DNA of 40,679 nucleotides from Seison nebaliae (Eukaryota), in NCBI GenBank assembly GCA_023231475.1, contig JALJEE010000615.1, positions 1 through 40,679 on the forward strand, written 5' to 3'. This document shows, one piece after another, positions 1 through 12,739 of the stretch. The notes under the pieces are model-generated. The model saw nothing but the letters and a program-made list of their open reading frames with translations, was not told the DNA's origin and searched no databases. How positions within the stretch are numbered: position 1 is the stretch's first letter; the number at the start of each line of letters is the position of its first letter. Both the position numbers and the translations under genes were made by a program.

Positions 1-137
1 AAACTTATCAAAGCAAGATATCGGAGAAAGGAACACTTTCTACTTCCAGTATTGTACTGAGATACTTTATACGTCATCGGTGATAGATATGTAGAATTGA
101 TGAGCATTAACGAAAATATTATCCAAAACTGAAACAT
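1..137 (-). CDS. 5' end of a probable secreted or membrane protein gene running off the window (MFQFWIIFSLMLINSTYLS...)
   Basis: ATG at 137 opens a frame with no stop to the window edge. The N-terminus is hydrophobic and signal-peptide-like, and GC-containing promoter-like motifs lie at 242-249 and ~417-425. No family recognised. Confidence 0.35.
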   Translation of the reverse strand, partial: MFQFWIIFSLMLINSTYLSPMTYKVSQYNTGSRKCSFLRYLALIS

Positions 138-470
138 TTCACAAGAAATAACTTTTCTGATTTGAATTTTATTCCTAATTCTGAAACATTTTTATGCAAC
201 TATATTCGATCAATAAATTTTTTATTTCAATTTATTAAAACGCGCCAAACGGACGGAAATATATCTTACGTTAAGTAAATTTCTCAACTTACAAGTGTAA
301 TTATTTTAAGTATGTAAATATATTCAAGTTAGTATTTCTTAAGATCTCAATCAATTTAAGTATATTAATGGTATTTATGAAATAGTTTTTTATTCACTTT
401 TTATCATCAACTTTGTGCCGCCAAACAATATTTTGCAGTAGCTTAATGTTAAAGATACTATATACACTAG

Positions 471-487
471 TATATATATATATATAT
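471..487. repeat. (TA)n microsatellite
   Basis: Run of TA dinucleotides seen directly. Confidence 0.85.
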
Positions 488-1282
488 GGATTTAGAGCTA
501 AGAAATAAGCGGAAATAATATTAAACAATTGTAATTAGTCATTTTATGATCCGAATAACGTATGATCTCGACAGGCAATCGTTTATTCTCTGGCATCGCT
601 CTCACTTCTTCCATCGTCTTTTTAGTTCATGGATCTACATTCGGTCACTCTATTCATCCGCTCTCGATCGTATTGGAAACAAATTTAACAGAGCGTCCTC
701 CTCTTCTTCACCTATATCTAAATTCGTTCTGTTAAAGATTCGTCTGTTGTTTCTCAGTAGCTTAGTTCTACCGTTGTACTCTTTAGAGATCATTTTCCTC
801 ATTTATCCCGACAGGAATTTCAACAATAATAAATACATAAGAACAATTCCTTTATAAATAATATTATCTTGTGTTCTTAAGAGTTACAAAATGTTAGGAT
901 ATATTTTAGAGATCGTTATAATCGATAAGACCTGATAAATCAAAGGAATTATTTTACTTTCGGAAGTGAACCAGATGCATATTGTACGAAAGCATTGTTG
1001 TTGTTTGGAAGAAAGAATTTTGGAAGAAATCAGATAATGTCAATTTTCGTCTTTTCGGATTATTCACATAAATATGTGATAATTATTGTTATTTACCTTA
1101 CAAGGAAACTGTTTGGATTTACAATTTATTTTTCATTAAAAATTTGCATAGGAATAGAATGAGTCATGATGAGCATTAATTTATTAATTTTATTGGCTAG
1201 ATGTTATTTAGCACTGAATTATCAGTTAAGCCTTGTTAGTTCAATTTAGTATCAAATATTCAAAATTAGACTTTACTCGATG

Positions 1283-2781
1283 TTAATTAATAGATAAATA
1301 ATTATGGATAAAAAATACAAATAGATTAATCAATAAAGACATCCTTAAAATATTGGATGAATTGAAAGGAGTATAATATTCTTTTTTCAGACATCTTTTA
1401 GCCATTCCATTTCTAAATTCTGAATTTTCTTCTATTCCTAAAATCCGAGCAACAATTCGGTAAACTTCAACATTAGGAAATTCGACGGAACGATTTGATT
1501 TTAGATTGAACGCCGGTCCATTCGCTAAAAATATCGATTTCATTTCTTCAATATGTGGGGGATATCCATGATGTCCCACATACGGTGTATAACTTTTTGA
1601 ATAATTTTTGATCGTTATATAAAATCCCATATCAGGTATGAGGAGAATTGGTGGAGTTCGGGAGTGATTAGCGAAATGGAATTCTTTAGGGATGTCTTTC
1701 TTTTCATAAACGGTGATATTGGGAATACTCTTCACCGCTTCCAATACATTGTCATACTAAAAGAAGAAGATTATAAAAATTAGAAAGTAAATTAAAACGG
1801 CTCCATCTTTTGGATAGATGTGGGATGATATTGTTTGAGGTAAATCTTTATATTTCAAATCTTCCAAATCTAAATATTCTTTTAGTTTAATTTGGTTCCG
1901 TCCTTCAGCCATTCCATGATCCGATATTATGATGATGTTGATATTCTTCGTCTTTTCAGACGAACGAAAAAGATCCACCAACATTTTAATGGCAGAATCG
2001 ACTTTTTGTAACTTTCGTAAGAAAATGGAGGAAAAATTTGAAAACAAATTATTAACCATTTTGTTCATTTCAGGTGAATCGGGTCCAGAAACATGACCAG
2101 TATGATCAGGTTCATTGAAATATAAATATCCCAAATCTAAATTGAGATCAGTAAACCAAGAATGGACACCATAAACTCGTTCTTCGAACGGCATATTATC
2201 CGAATATTTATATTGGTAGATGTGAGGCAATTGCATTGATTTATTTCGTTTTGATGCGTCCAATGGTGACATTTGAGAACCGGGCCAAAACATCACTCCA
2301 ACTTTCTTTCCCTAAACATTATTTGAATATTTCATCAGTTTTTATTATGATGGAAACTTCTTCTCGAGCTGCAGCCCAAATTGTTTTGGAAGTATAAAAT
2401 GATCTTGTTTCTTCTTGTTTAGCTAATAAACTGATGGATTTGTTTGAATTTGCCACCGGTAATTTATTATTTAGAATTCCATGTTCCTCCTCATATTTCC
2501 CTGGAATTTACTGAATTACAGATATGACAAATGGAATTAGAACCTGTGGCTAATGTATAGAAATTTGGAAAAGTTAAAGTTGCATAAGAAGCAATCATAC
2601 ATTTGGCACGAATTCCTTCCTTAACAAATTTGGAGATATTCGGAATATAATTCTTCCTATTCAAATATTCACATCGAAATCCATCCAAACCAATCACCAG
2701 AACTTTCCGATGTTCTTCACATCTTATCTTGTTCAATAATAAAATAATTAACAAAATTAATATGTTGGAATAATTATTCAT
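1283..2781 (-). CDS. Ectonucleotide pyrophosphatase/phosphodiesterase (ENPP4/5/6/7-type), 5 exons
   Basis: Signal peptide; motifs VLVIGLDGFR, catalytic TLTFPNFYTLATG, MFWPGS, YFNEPDHTGH-GPDS, IISDHGM, GHHGY; hydrophobic C-terminus that looks like a GPI/TM signal. Inferred introns 2501-2543, 2312-2357, 2012-2056 and 1757-1798 restore the frame. Confidence 0.9.
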
Positions 2782-3736
2782 GATCCTCACTATCCCATGA
2801 AACTATTTACGAAACTAAATATATTTTTAACATTTTTCGTAAACATCATATTCATGTCCATGATGATGGTTTAGGGTCACAAGTACAACGAACATCTTTT
2901 AACAAACTAATCTTTGTTCAACAAAATATTCGACAACAACCTTACAATTCTTAGACATTTTTATAAAGTTTTCAATAATTTAATTATTCTCAAATAGTTT
3001 ATTACTTCTCATCAATTCCATCAATCATTCTAAATTTGTAATATCTAATTATTCCTTTGATAATTGTTTAAGAAAACTTTAAATTAAATTAAACTTACTT
3101 TAAGATAAATTAAATTTCAAAAAAATATTAAATATTTCTGTAAATAAAATAATACATATATATAACTCAATATAAAGATAATATGTATAATAGCATGTTT
3201 AGATGTAATTTTACTTAAAAATTATGAATAAATTAGAAGATGAAATCTGATGAATGAAATTGACGACAAAGAGAGTTGGAAAATGGATGATAATAAATAA
3301 TATAGATATATGTACAAATTAAAAGAGAATAAAAAATTTAAAATGAATTTTATTGTTCAGAACAGAAACATGTTGAAATTGGAAGGAAAGAATGAAATGG
3401 TCGTTTAATTGTTTGCAATTGAATAAAATATAGATGAAAAAGATAAAATTAAATTTTCAGAAAAATTCATTGTACAATACAAAAAAAAAGGTGTGGAGAA
3501 GCAAATCGGAAAAATTTCACTAAAATAGTTATGGAATGAATTTCCTCCAATTTTCCATGTTGTTGTTCTCTGTGAGAATATGAGGGAAATTAAGGATTAT
3601 TAGATCGAAGGAAAACTATTTTGCTTTCCACATCTAACAAATTGATATGAAATGTTCTCGGAGGAAATATTCCTTAATGATGTGACAGGAGGCGAATATT
3701 GTGCGGAGCGAATGTTGTCTTCATCGTCGTTCTTCT

Positions 3737-4420
3737 TTACAATATTCGACATTTATTTCTTTTTTTCGATTTCGAATCTTTCTCATGTTTCTTTTTTGGA
3801 AGTTTTGCATCTCCCCGTTCATCCATGTTATCTGCCATTACATGATTATTAGATTTGGAGGGATTATTTCGATTATTATCTTGTTTACTTCGATCAATTA
3901 CTCGAACTAATTCATGGAATGCTTCATTGACATTTTCACATGTTTTGGCTGATGTTCGAAAATATGGAATTTCCCACGATGACGCCGTTTGTTTTGCTGC
4001 ATCATCCGACACTTGAATATTAGTTGTTAGATCACATTTATTGGCAACGAGAACCATCGGAATTGGTGTGGCATTCATTCCGGGACCATTGGGATATTTA
4101 ACTCGTAAAATTTGATCCCGAAATTCATTCAGTTCTTCAAATGAATCAGTATCAGTCAATGAGAAGACGAGAAGAAATCCTTCTCCAGTTCGAAAATAAT
4201 TATCACGAATCGCTGCATAGTCTTCCATACCAGCCGTATCGAGTATATCCAATTCACATTTCTTCCCATCCAAATCAACTTTCTGTTTATAAGTGTCCAC
4301 TTTCGTCGGCGTATAATCTTCATTGAATTCGTCATAAAGAAATTTCAATGTTAAGGCACTCTTACCAACACCTCCAATACCCACCATTATCACTTTATGT
4401 ACCGGCACTTCCATTGACAT
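3737..4420 (-). CDS. RAL: Ral small GTPase, intronless CDS
   Basis: [27 protein letters not shown] (Ral-type effector loop with Lys), [26 protein letters not shown], polybasic tail and CAAX box CRIL. First ATG is at 4420. Confidence 0.92.
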   Translation of the reverse strand: MSMEVPVHKVIMVGIGGVGKSALTLKFLYDEFNEDYTPTKVDTYKQKVDLDGKKCELDILDTAGMEDYAAIRDNYFRTGEGFLLVFSLTDTDSFEELNEFRDQILRVKYPNGPGMNATPIPMVLVANKCDLTTNIQVSDDAAKQTASSWEIPYFRTSAKTCENVNEAFHELVRVIDRSKQDNNRNNPSKSNNHVMADNMDERGDAKLPKKKHEKDSKSKKRNKCRIL

Positions 4421-6511
4421 ATCGAAAAGTAAAAATTTAAATTCTGTCAAAAATTATAAAAGAGAAAAAGAAATAAATATTTAAAAAAAACAAATTAATT
4501 TGAATAGAAAAAAAAATTGTGAGATTTATAGAAATTTCTCTTGATATTTATAGTAATTGTGAATAATGTCATTAATTTTGCCTTATACGAAGAAGACAAT
4601 GCAATAAATTGTACAAAAAAATAACAGCATAAATGAATTATTCATAATCTATTTATGTACCATGACGACTGTTGTTGTTGGATTATTCGAAGTGACATCA
4701 AGCTTAACTTTCAAATTTTTTCAACGTCTTTCTCATTTTTCTCTCACTTTATTTCGTTTTTTCTCTACGTTCTCGTTCGGACTGAATGATAATTATTTAA
4801 ATACAATAACACAACATCATTTTTATTGTTATACATATCTATTTCCTTTATGAGAAAATTTTCTGCACTAATATTATTGTTCATATATTGAACAATGTTG
4901 AACAATTATTAGTTAAATAATTGATATGGAACAGAAGAAATATTTTAATTCTAAATAGAAAATAAAGATATAGTGAATGAAAGGAAACATTGATCTTTTG
5001 TCTATCAATCACCTTCTATGTTAATAATGATCATGAGAAAGCATCTGTTTCTTTTCTAGGTCGAAATAAGGGAATAAAATTCATTTTCTATTCAAAGTAT
5101 TACTTCGTTTGGCAGATCATTTAAAGAAAAGTCTCCTTATGAATAATTGATGGACCGATTTCATTTTAATTAGTTTAATGTATTTCTCTAACATGCGATC
5201 TGTCAATTGAATGAAACAATTTATTCGAAACTATTTTCAAAATAGAAAGAGAAAATTTTTTGAAAATTTCAACTCATTTGACTCATTTACCTTTTACGTA
5301 AGAATTTTCCATTGACGGATATTTAAGGTGAAACGATAAAAAATTCGATCGTAATAATTGTGATTAACCGATAAAATCATTTTTAATTTTATTAATTCTT
5401 TCAACTTGCCCTATCAGTTTCCGCCCAAAATTAATTCAAAAATAATTTATGTAATTAAAATTTTTTGTATTTCAATCTGAGTATTCGTCGAGTAGAATTT
5501 ACGAGAAATTTTATTTCTTTTTAATCGACCATTAATTAAAAGCCTTTTAATAATTTGACAATTTGATTGTACAATCTGTATTGAGCATGTGATTATAAAT
5601 TTTTTCATTTTATATTTCCTCGATCTACTCCGTTATTGATTATTATATATCGTTTAAATATTATATATCATCCATTTTTTTTCTAATCTAATAAGTAATT
5701 TTTGAAATCGATAGAAAATAATACTCTATTTTCCCATTTGCACGTACTGGAAAGTGTGGTTGGTAATAAGGCATATGAATTGTACATAAATTCAGAAATA
5801 AATTATGTAATTTATATACTAGTTCTCCTCTATTTCAATGTAAATTGCGATTTGAATGAACTTCTTACTCCTACTTCTTACTACTTACTATTCATTGTTA
5901 ATTGGAAAGAAGAACTTTTCAAGTGAGTTGAAAGGAGAACGAGCATAAACATTTGAAAGAACTTCAACATATTTATAAAGTTGGTGTAAATGTTAGAAAA
6001 TAAATTTGGAATGAAAAACTCGTGACGATTTATGAGTTCATCATTTCCTTCACATTTCCAATTTCTTTCAAACATTTTCTTCTTAATTACATTTTTATAG
6101 TTCAATTTTTTATGTACATAGGCAGAAAGAATGTGATTATAGAAATGCAAGAAAGTAAAGTGGGAAATCAATGAGCCTTATGATTTAAAATTGAATATTA
6201 TTCCTCCCCGAAACATTCTCTCTATGATGATGATTGAATGGTGAAGAGCTATTCTAAATTCTTTTTATTGAAGATGAATCTCTCGGCTATTTTAATTCGT
6301 AGGCGGATGGAATTGTATGTAATCTTCTCGCAGATTCATCAGTGAAAAGAAATCTAATTGAAATTTTTCATTATTTCCCTTAACACAAACACTTCTATAG
6401 AGTCTGTATGATATGCTCTCATACAAATCTACCTTCTCTCTCGTCAAATGGAGAGAATATTAAAATATCCAAAAACATTTTAAAATTTAAATTTATAAAA
6501 ATTTTTCACAA

Positions 6512-9049
6512 ATGGAATTATCAATTCCCGCCAACACTCCCCAAATCGTCCAAACGTTGATGGTGCATCGACAACCCAATCGTGAGAACGATGATTTCAT
6601 TCGACGAGCCATCGAAAGTTTAGTTAAGAAACTGCGCGATCGTCCCACCGAATTGCAAAGTCTTTTTCATTCGGTGACGACCGACGGCAAATCCGTCGGT
6701 TGTTGTGTCACCATCCCACGAACATTAGACGGCAGATTACAAGTGGCTGGACGAAAGAATTGTCCTCATATCATGTATGCACGGATTTGGAGATGGCCAG
6801 ATCTCCATCGTAATGAAATTCGATCAACCAATTCTTGTATTCATGCGTTCGATGCCGAACCGAGAACTGAACGGATTTGTGTTAATCCATATCATTATGA
6901 ACGTGCAACTATCGGTGGTTCGATTTTCTCCTTTCCTCTTCATCTCATCTTCAATTAGAAAGTTTCAATAAACAATTCAAACTACTCAAATCATCAGAAA
7001 GTAACGAAAATAGTAGTGAATCAGTTCGAAATTTCAAGAATTTTTCCCATAATCTTCCAATTAAATTTTTAGAATGTTGAAATTGATTTGGGAAATTTCC
7101 AAAGTGAAAATTTTTAATTTTTTTAAAATTTTTTTAAAACTCATCAAAATAGATAATGCGATGGAGAATATGGATCGAGAGAAGTCGATTATCTCACCCA
7201 GTTCTCATAGTGACACGTCAGTAACATCTGGTTTCCCCTAAATTTTATTTGATTAAATTTTTATAATAAAATTTTTCGAAAAATATTTTGAAGGACAATC
7301 AGATATTAGTACGAAACGAGTATTGTTCAATCAATTGAAATCACTTGTAGAATGTGAATTGGAGCGAGTCGGTTAAATTTTGTGAAAAATAAAAAATTTC
7401 AATTATTTTTCAGCTCTAGCCGATTTGTCGTCTTGGTGTGAAATAACTTATCATGAGAATAATCAAATTGTCGGTGAATGTTTCATTGCTAAGAATAACA
7501 CCAATTCGGTCATTGTTGATGGTTTTGTCGATCCATCAGGGGGTAATCGGTTTTGTTTAGGAGCAATTCCCAATTTACATCGATCAGATAAAGTAGAGAA
7601 AACTCGGTTCGTTTTCTAATAACTTTATTAGGAAAATTAATGGTTTTTTCCAGATTACATATCGGTCGAGGGATTTGTTTGGATCGAATTGGAAATGATA
7701 TTTGGTTGACGAATGTATCGGATCATGCAACGTTTGTCGAATCACAGCATTTAACTCATGTGAGCGTGAACGGTTATTCGTTTAATGAACAAGACGGTTT
7801 GAAATTGATAATTAATTATTAGAGATTAATATTGGCTTTTAATTAATTAGAAGATTTAATTGAACAAATGGTTGACGTTCCCCATAAAATATTTCCTGGA
7901 AATGACAAAATTTCAGTTAACATTTTTTTGTCGAATCTTTCTGTTGCAAATTTTGTTTAACAAATTATTTTTCCAAAAAAATTTTTTCTCAATTTTCTTC
8001 TAAAAAATATTTTGGGATTTTTTTAATTAAATTTTATTTGAAGAAAATTTTGTCAATTTTTTTTTTTCCAAAAATTTTCTAACAATTTTTTAATTTTTTA
8101 GATTTTTAATTTTAAAATGACCGTAGAATTCCTGTTAATGAAATTGTATGATCCTTTAATCACTCTCATGCAACATGGATGTCAAGTTGCTCATATACCT
8201 CAGGTGATGCGTCAGATGCAGGATAAATTGTCGTCGATCGATGTGGAGAAGTTGAGGAGATCATCAATCTTCAAATGTAGTTTTGTAAAAGGTTTGAGAT
8301 TTGTTTGTTTGAAGAAATTAAATTGATGGGAGATATTAGGTTGGGGACAGAAACAATATCCTTTGAGAGTGACAATATCCGATTGTCCATGTTGGATAGA
8401 TGCACGTGGATCGAAAGGTTTCGCTGCTCTCGATACGATGATGAATCCAAGTTTTATTCGTCATATTCTCGATATTTTGGTGAATGATCGAATGGGAAAA
8501 TTGATGAATGCAATTCCATCAAATAAATCATCGATGTCACATTTGGTGAAAGCGCAAAATATTTCCGATCTGCTCCCAAAGAAGATGGAGCAGATATCGA
8601 TGGATCATTCATCTGATAAATTGAAATCGAATGATGGTGATGATTGTTATAGGAATGTTGATGAGAAATCATATCATAATAATCAATCATCATATCAATT
8701 AATGAATATTTATCAGAATGAGAAAATGAAGAATAATAATCAGAATCATTCGATAGAAGAGAATAATTCTTTAAATTTTTATAATCAACAACATGACAAC
8801 CAACAACAACAACAACAATCATCTCGAATTAATGAACAGAATAATAATCTTCAATTCCCAATTTCGTCGATGAATCCACTACAATCGTTCAATAATGAAT
8901 TGTTCAATTTAACGAATGATCTAACCACTTCCAGTTCAGCGTCATTCAATTTATTTAATTCAACATCGAATAACGAAACTCATCAACCACCTTCATCCAT
9001 ATTTTCACCTCATCGTTCTAATAATTTTTCATTGTTTCCTGGTAATTAA
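6512..9049 (+). CDS. SMAD4: SMAD4/Medea-like co-Smad (MH1 + MH2), 10 exons, with a long N/Q-rich C-terminal extension
   Basis: MH1: RAIESLVKKL, CVTIPRTLDGRLQVAGRK, ARIWRWPDLH, CVNPYHYER. MH2: WCEITYHE, VDGFVDPSGGNRFCLG, RLHIGRG, SFVKGWG, PCWID. No C-terminal SSxS. Inferred introns 6918-6958, 7024-7072, 7104-7152, 7231-7293, 7372-7413, 7607-7653, 7797-7850, 7916-8101, 8292-8339. Confidence 0.9.
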
Positions 9050-9546
9050 CCGTTTTGCAATATTACCTGCTAAATTCCAATTGCTCATCATTCATCATCT
9101 TCTTCCTGATTTTGCTCCTCAATATACGCGCTGCAATATTATTGGGAGGTAATTCATTAAATTTTATCGTTCTACTATTTCTTTCTTTTCCTCTTCTGCA
9201 ATTTAACTGGTGAAATTCTTCTATTGTATTGTATACTTAATTGCTCTTCTAATTATTCGAGAAGTCTCTTTCCCAACATCCGGTAAAGAGTCTAACAACA
9301 CAAATTTTATATTTCTCATTCAAATAAACAAATTTTATCGTTTATTTTTTTTTAAACTTAAAATTTTTTTAAATATTTAAATTTCGTTTTTTCCATATTT
9401 TTTAAAAAGAAAATGGTGAATTAATTCCATTGAATGGAACCGTTCGTGGTTATTAATTTTCCCAGTGTTGTTCAAATTAATTTAGACTATTAAGTTTTTA
9501 TTTAATGAAATGAAAACTCTACTGAAATGAATAGTTGTTGAACTCG

Positions 9547-10214
9547 TTAAATCTTATGTGAAAAGACGGAGAACTCTGGTGATTTCTTAGCGCCATGTGC
9601 CTGTAAATTCTGGAATATTGCCCCAACATTTCTTGATTGTGTTCGTTCTCTTGACGGCATCAATTGACAAGTTAAAATCGAATGTTCCCGATCACAAGGA
9701 CATGCACCGGAACTTATTTGTTCAATTTGGTAATGACGATTGAATTCCATTGTCAATCCATTGGAATCATTAAATCTGTCATAAAATCGTATTATTCTTT
9801 CTCTCATATTATTCACATGAAATTTAACTTTTCGCATTCTGCATAACCTTTGTATCCAACTGGACATGGATTGGGTGGTGGACAATACGCAGGTAAAACC
9901 GAATCAGTTTTAATACTTTCTTTATTATTGAAATTTCCGTTTGGTGAGAGATGTTGGAGACCTTCACCAGCACCACCGGACATTAAATGTTGTTTATGTA
10001 AATTGTTGAAGAAATTTTCGTTCAAATCTAGCCGACTATCCGTTACCAAATCTTTCGGATAAAAAGGTGAAGGTGTTTCATTCGTGTTGAAATCTTTCAT
10101 GAACATATATTGAAGTAATCTCTCCACAACGTCATTATCATTTACATCAGCCAATAACGATCCCTCACTACTGATGACAATAATAGCGAGATAAATAAAG
10201 AACATCCATTTCAT
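9547..10214 (-). CDS. SCG5: Neuroendocrine protein 7B2 (secretogranin V, PC2 chaperone), 2 coding exons
   Basis: Signal peptide; MSGGAGEGLQHL, LPAYCPPPNPCPVGY, CPCDREH and the C-terminal AKKS motif. Intron 9776-9828 restores the frame. A likely 5'UTR splice acceptor lies ~10 nt upstream of the ATG. Confidence 0.9.
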
Positions 10215-11223
10215 TATTTAAACCTGCAACAGAAAATTTAGCATTATTATTGGAAAGTTAAAAGAAATTGTTGAATTCTTTTCAAAAGAAAACTTTAAAG
10301 AAATTTAAAATTCTTCTTCGAAAAACTTTAAAGAAATTTATAGTTCAGGAATTGTAAGAAATCTAAGGAATTTCATAGAAATCTGTCAAGAAACTATTGG
10401 AACGAGGGGACTACCTACAAAAAATATGTTTGAAAAGAAATTTTAGGGAAAGGCAATTGAACGTATCAACATTTTTTTAATATTCTAATGGCATTTCATG
10501 TAGTCGCTACGCTAGCAGGACTATGGATAAATGTCTTGAAAAAACATTGAATTAAGTCAACTACATATCAGAAAGCGATAACGGAAATTAGTTCATTTAT
10601 TTCTCAACATATGTATATATATTATTCCGGATGGATAATGTTTATCGGAAAAATTCTCCCTGTGCATGACGATAACATCATTAGGTTTGCACGAAAATAC
10701 CCTCCGATTACATAAGACCTTCATGTAAGTGTTAAAGTACATAAAATTAACTTCCTTAACGATTTATTTCTTTCTAATAATTAGCTCAACTGCATCATTT
10801 ACATCAAAATTCTATTACATTCCGAATTGAACCACCTACTCACTCATTTTGAAACTATAGTCGACTTCGTAGATATAACACAGTTATAATATTACTATCG
10901 ATTTTGTTATCGATTAAATTTTATTATTCTGCGATAAATTCATGTCAAGATATCCTCTGTTTTTATTCAATTCTTTTAAGGAGTTTAATTTCAGTTTCCA
11001 TTATTCACAGAAAGTCTAGCTCAACATTTTAACATGTTTCCTTCTCAATCTAATTAACTGTTTGTTATCCGTTTTCATTCACTTTTCTTTATCTACTGCT
11101 TTTTCTCTAGTTATAGTAAGTAACTTTTCTTTTTGTATCTTACCGTCGAATCGTTTGAACGAGGCCTCCTCCTTTAATTTTCCTTCAAGAATGTAATTGA
11201 GGAAAATAATTTCATTGAAATTA

Positions 11224-11231
11224 TGACGTCA
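11224..11231. promoter_or_regulatory. CRE-like palindrome TGACGTCA upstream of the sulfotransferase
   Basis: Perfect 8-bp palindrome ~55 nt before the ATG at 11286. Confidence 0.5.
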
Positions 11232-11285
11232 TATTTTGATAAAATTAATTTCAAAAAAAAAATTGTAATAGTCAAATTTTGAAAA

Positions 11286-12739
11286 ATGGATATCAGGTTC
11301 AAACACAAATATCTGCTGTGTTCAGTCGTCATTCTGTCCTTTATCATTACCATACCTTTATTTTTATTTAGATCAAAACCGAACAGTTTTATTTTCAAGT
11401 ATAATATTCCTAATTTATTTCTATTTCGAAAGAGATTGTGTTATCTTATGATCAGATTCCTGTTGAAACCGCAACAGAAGTTCCAACGAATGAACAAATT
11501 AAATATAAACGAATATACTTCCTTAAAACTCACAAAACTGCCTCGTCAACGCTACAAAGCATATTGTTCCGTTATGCCAATACGTATAACTTATATGTTG
11601 GAATACCAGAATCATCTCATCAATTGAATTATCCGAAACTATTCGAAGCAAAATCCTTTGCGAAATTTCATCATGAAATTAAAGATGTCGATATAATTTG
11701 TTTACATCATCGATTCAATTATGACGAATTAGATAAAGTTTTCCATTTTGATTATGATGCCGTAGACAATTGGTTAAGCTTAACCATAATGAGGAATCCG
11801 ATTAATCGTTTTATTTCTGCGATTAACTTTTATGGTTTTAATCAATCCATCAACCGATCATTCAAAGGAACGAATGAACAGAAAGTTCAACAATTTTTGA
11901 TGCAACTGAAAAAGAAAAATTCCGTCAAATCATTTACCACCGGTCACGTTCTCCAACGGAATCATCAATTATACGATATGGGAATTGATAACGCAAATTC
12001 CTTAGAGAATTCAGAATTTCTCAAGAAATTGGACATGTTCAAAGATTTTTTCGATTTCATTCTCATGTCCGAATATTTCGATGAATCACTAGTTCTCCTC
12101 AAACATAAAATGGATGTCGATTATTCAATTTTTGCTTATACAAACAAATTGAAAAATTCATATTCGAATGACGTTTGGACGGAAAAAAATCGTGAATTAG
12201 TTGCACAATGGAATTCGTTAAAATTTCTTCTCAATTTTTCAAAATTTCATTTCCATTCTCATTCTAGAGCGGAAATGATTGCGTATGAATATTATAATAA
12301 GACTTTTTGGGAACAAGTCAATGAGTTTGGTAGAGAACGAATGAAATCGGAAATAATTCGATTGAGTGAAAGTCGCGAAAAGGAATTAGGGAAATGTATC
12401 AAAGATAAAGAAGGTGCTATCAGATTGATGGAAGTAAATGGAATCACAACATTCACAGATTTCCTTAGCCAATACTATGCGAATTCGACTATCGATTTTG
12501 ATAATTTTAATTGTGCAACTTATGTTACAAGAGAAATAGAAATCGTTCAATATCTTCGCAATCAATTCCGAACAGTTTTCTCAAAAATGCACCAAATTCC
12601 AAAAGCCGATTGGGAGTCATTAATCAAACTTTTTCAAACGAATCACAAACTGATTAGTAAGAAGAAAGCGCCAAACATCAATTATCAAAAGAAAACCATT
12701 CGTCTGAATGAAAGATCACAAACAAAATCTTCTAAATGA
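11286..12739 (+). CDS. Galactose-3-O-sulfotransferase family (type II Golgi protein), 3 exons
   Basis: N-terminal TM anchor; 5'-PSB motif FLKTHKTASSTLQSILFRY; 3'-PB motif TIMRNP-RFIS; EYFDESLVLLK. Inferred introns 11386-11432 and 12217-12267. Confidence 0.88.

Noticed and set aside
5702..6171. Short ORFs between Ral and SMAD4 as a gene or a hAT dimerisation-domain relic
   Set aside because: No recognisable motif, no consistent exon chain and no TIR/TSD found
1283..9049. ENPP and SMAD4 as frameshifted pseudogenes, or evidence of an alternative genetic code or readthrough
   Set aside because: Every break is explained by a short GT-AG intron, and conserved motifs translate correctly with the standard code
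10289..10340. Direct repeat AAAACTTTAAAGAAATTTA x2
   Set aside because: A short AT-rich local duplication with no further structure
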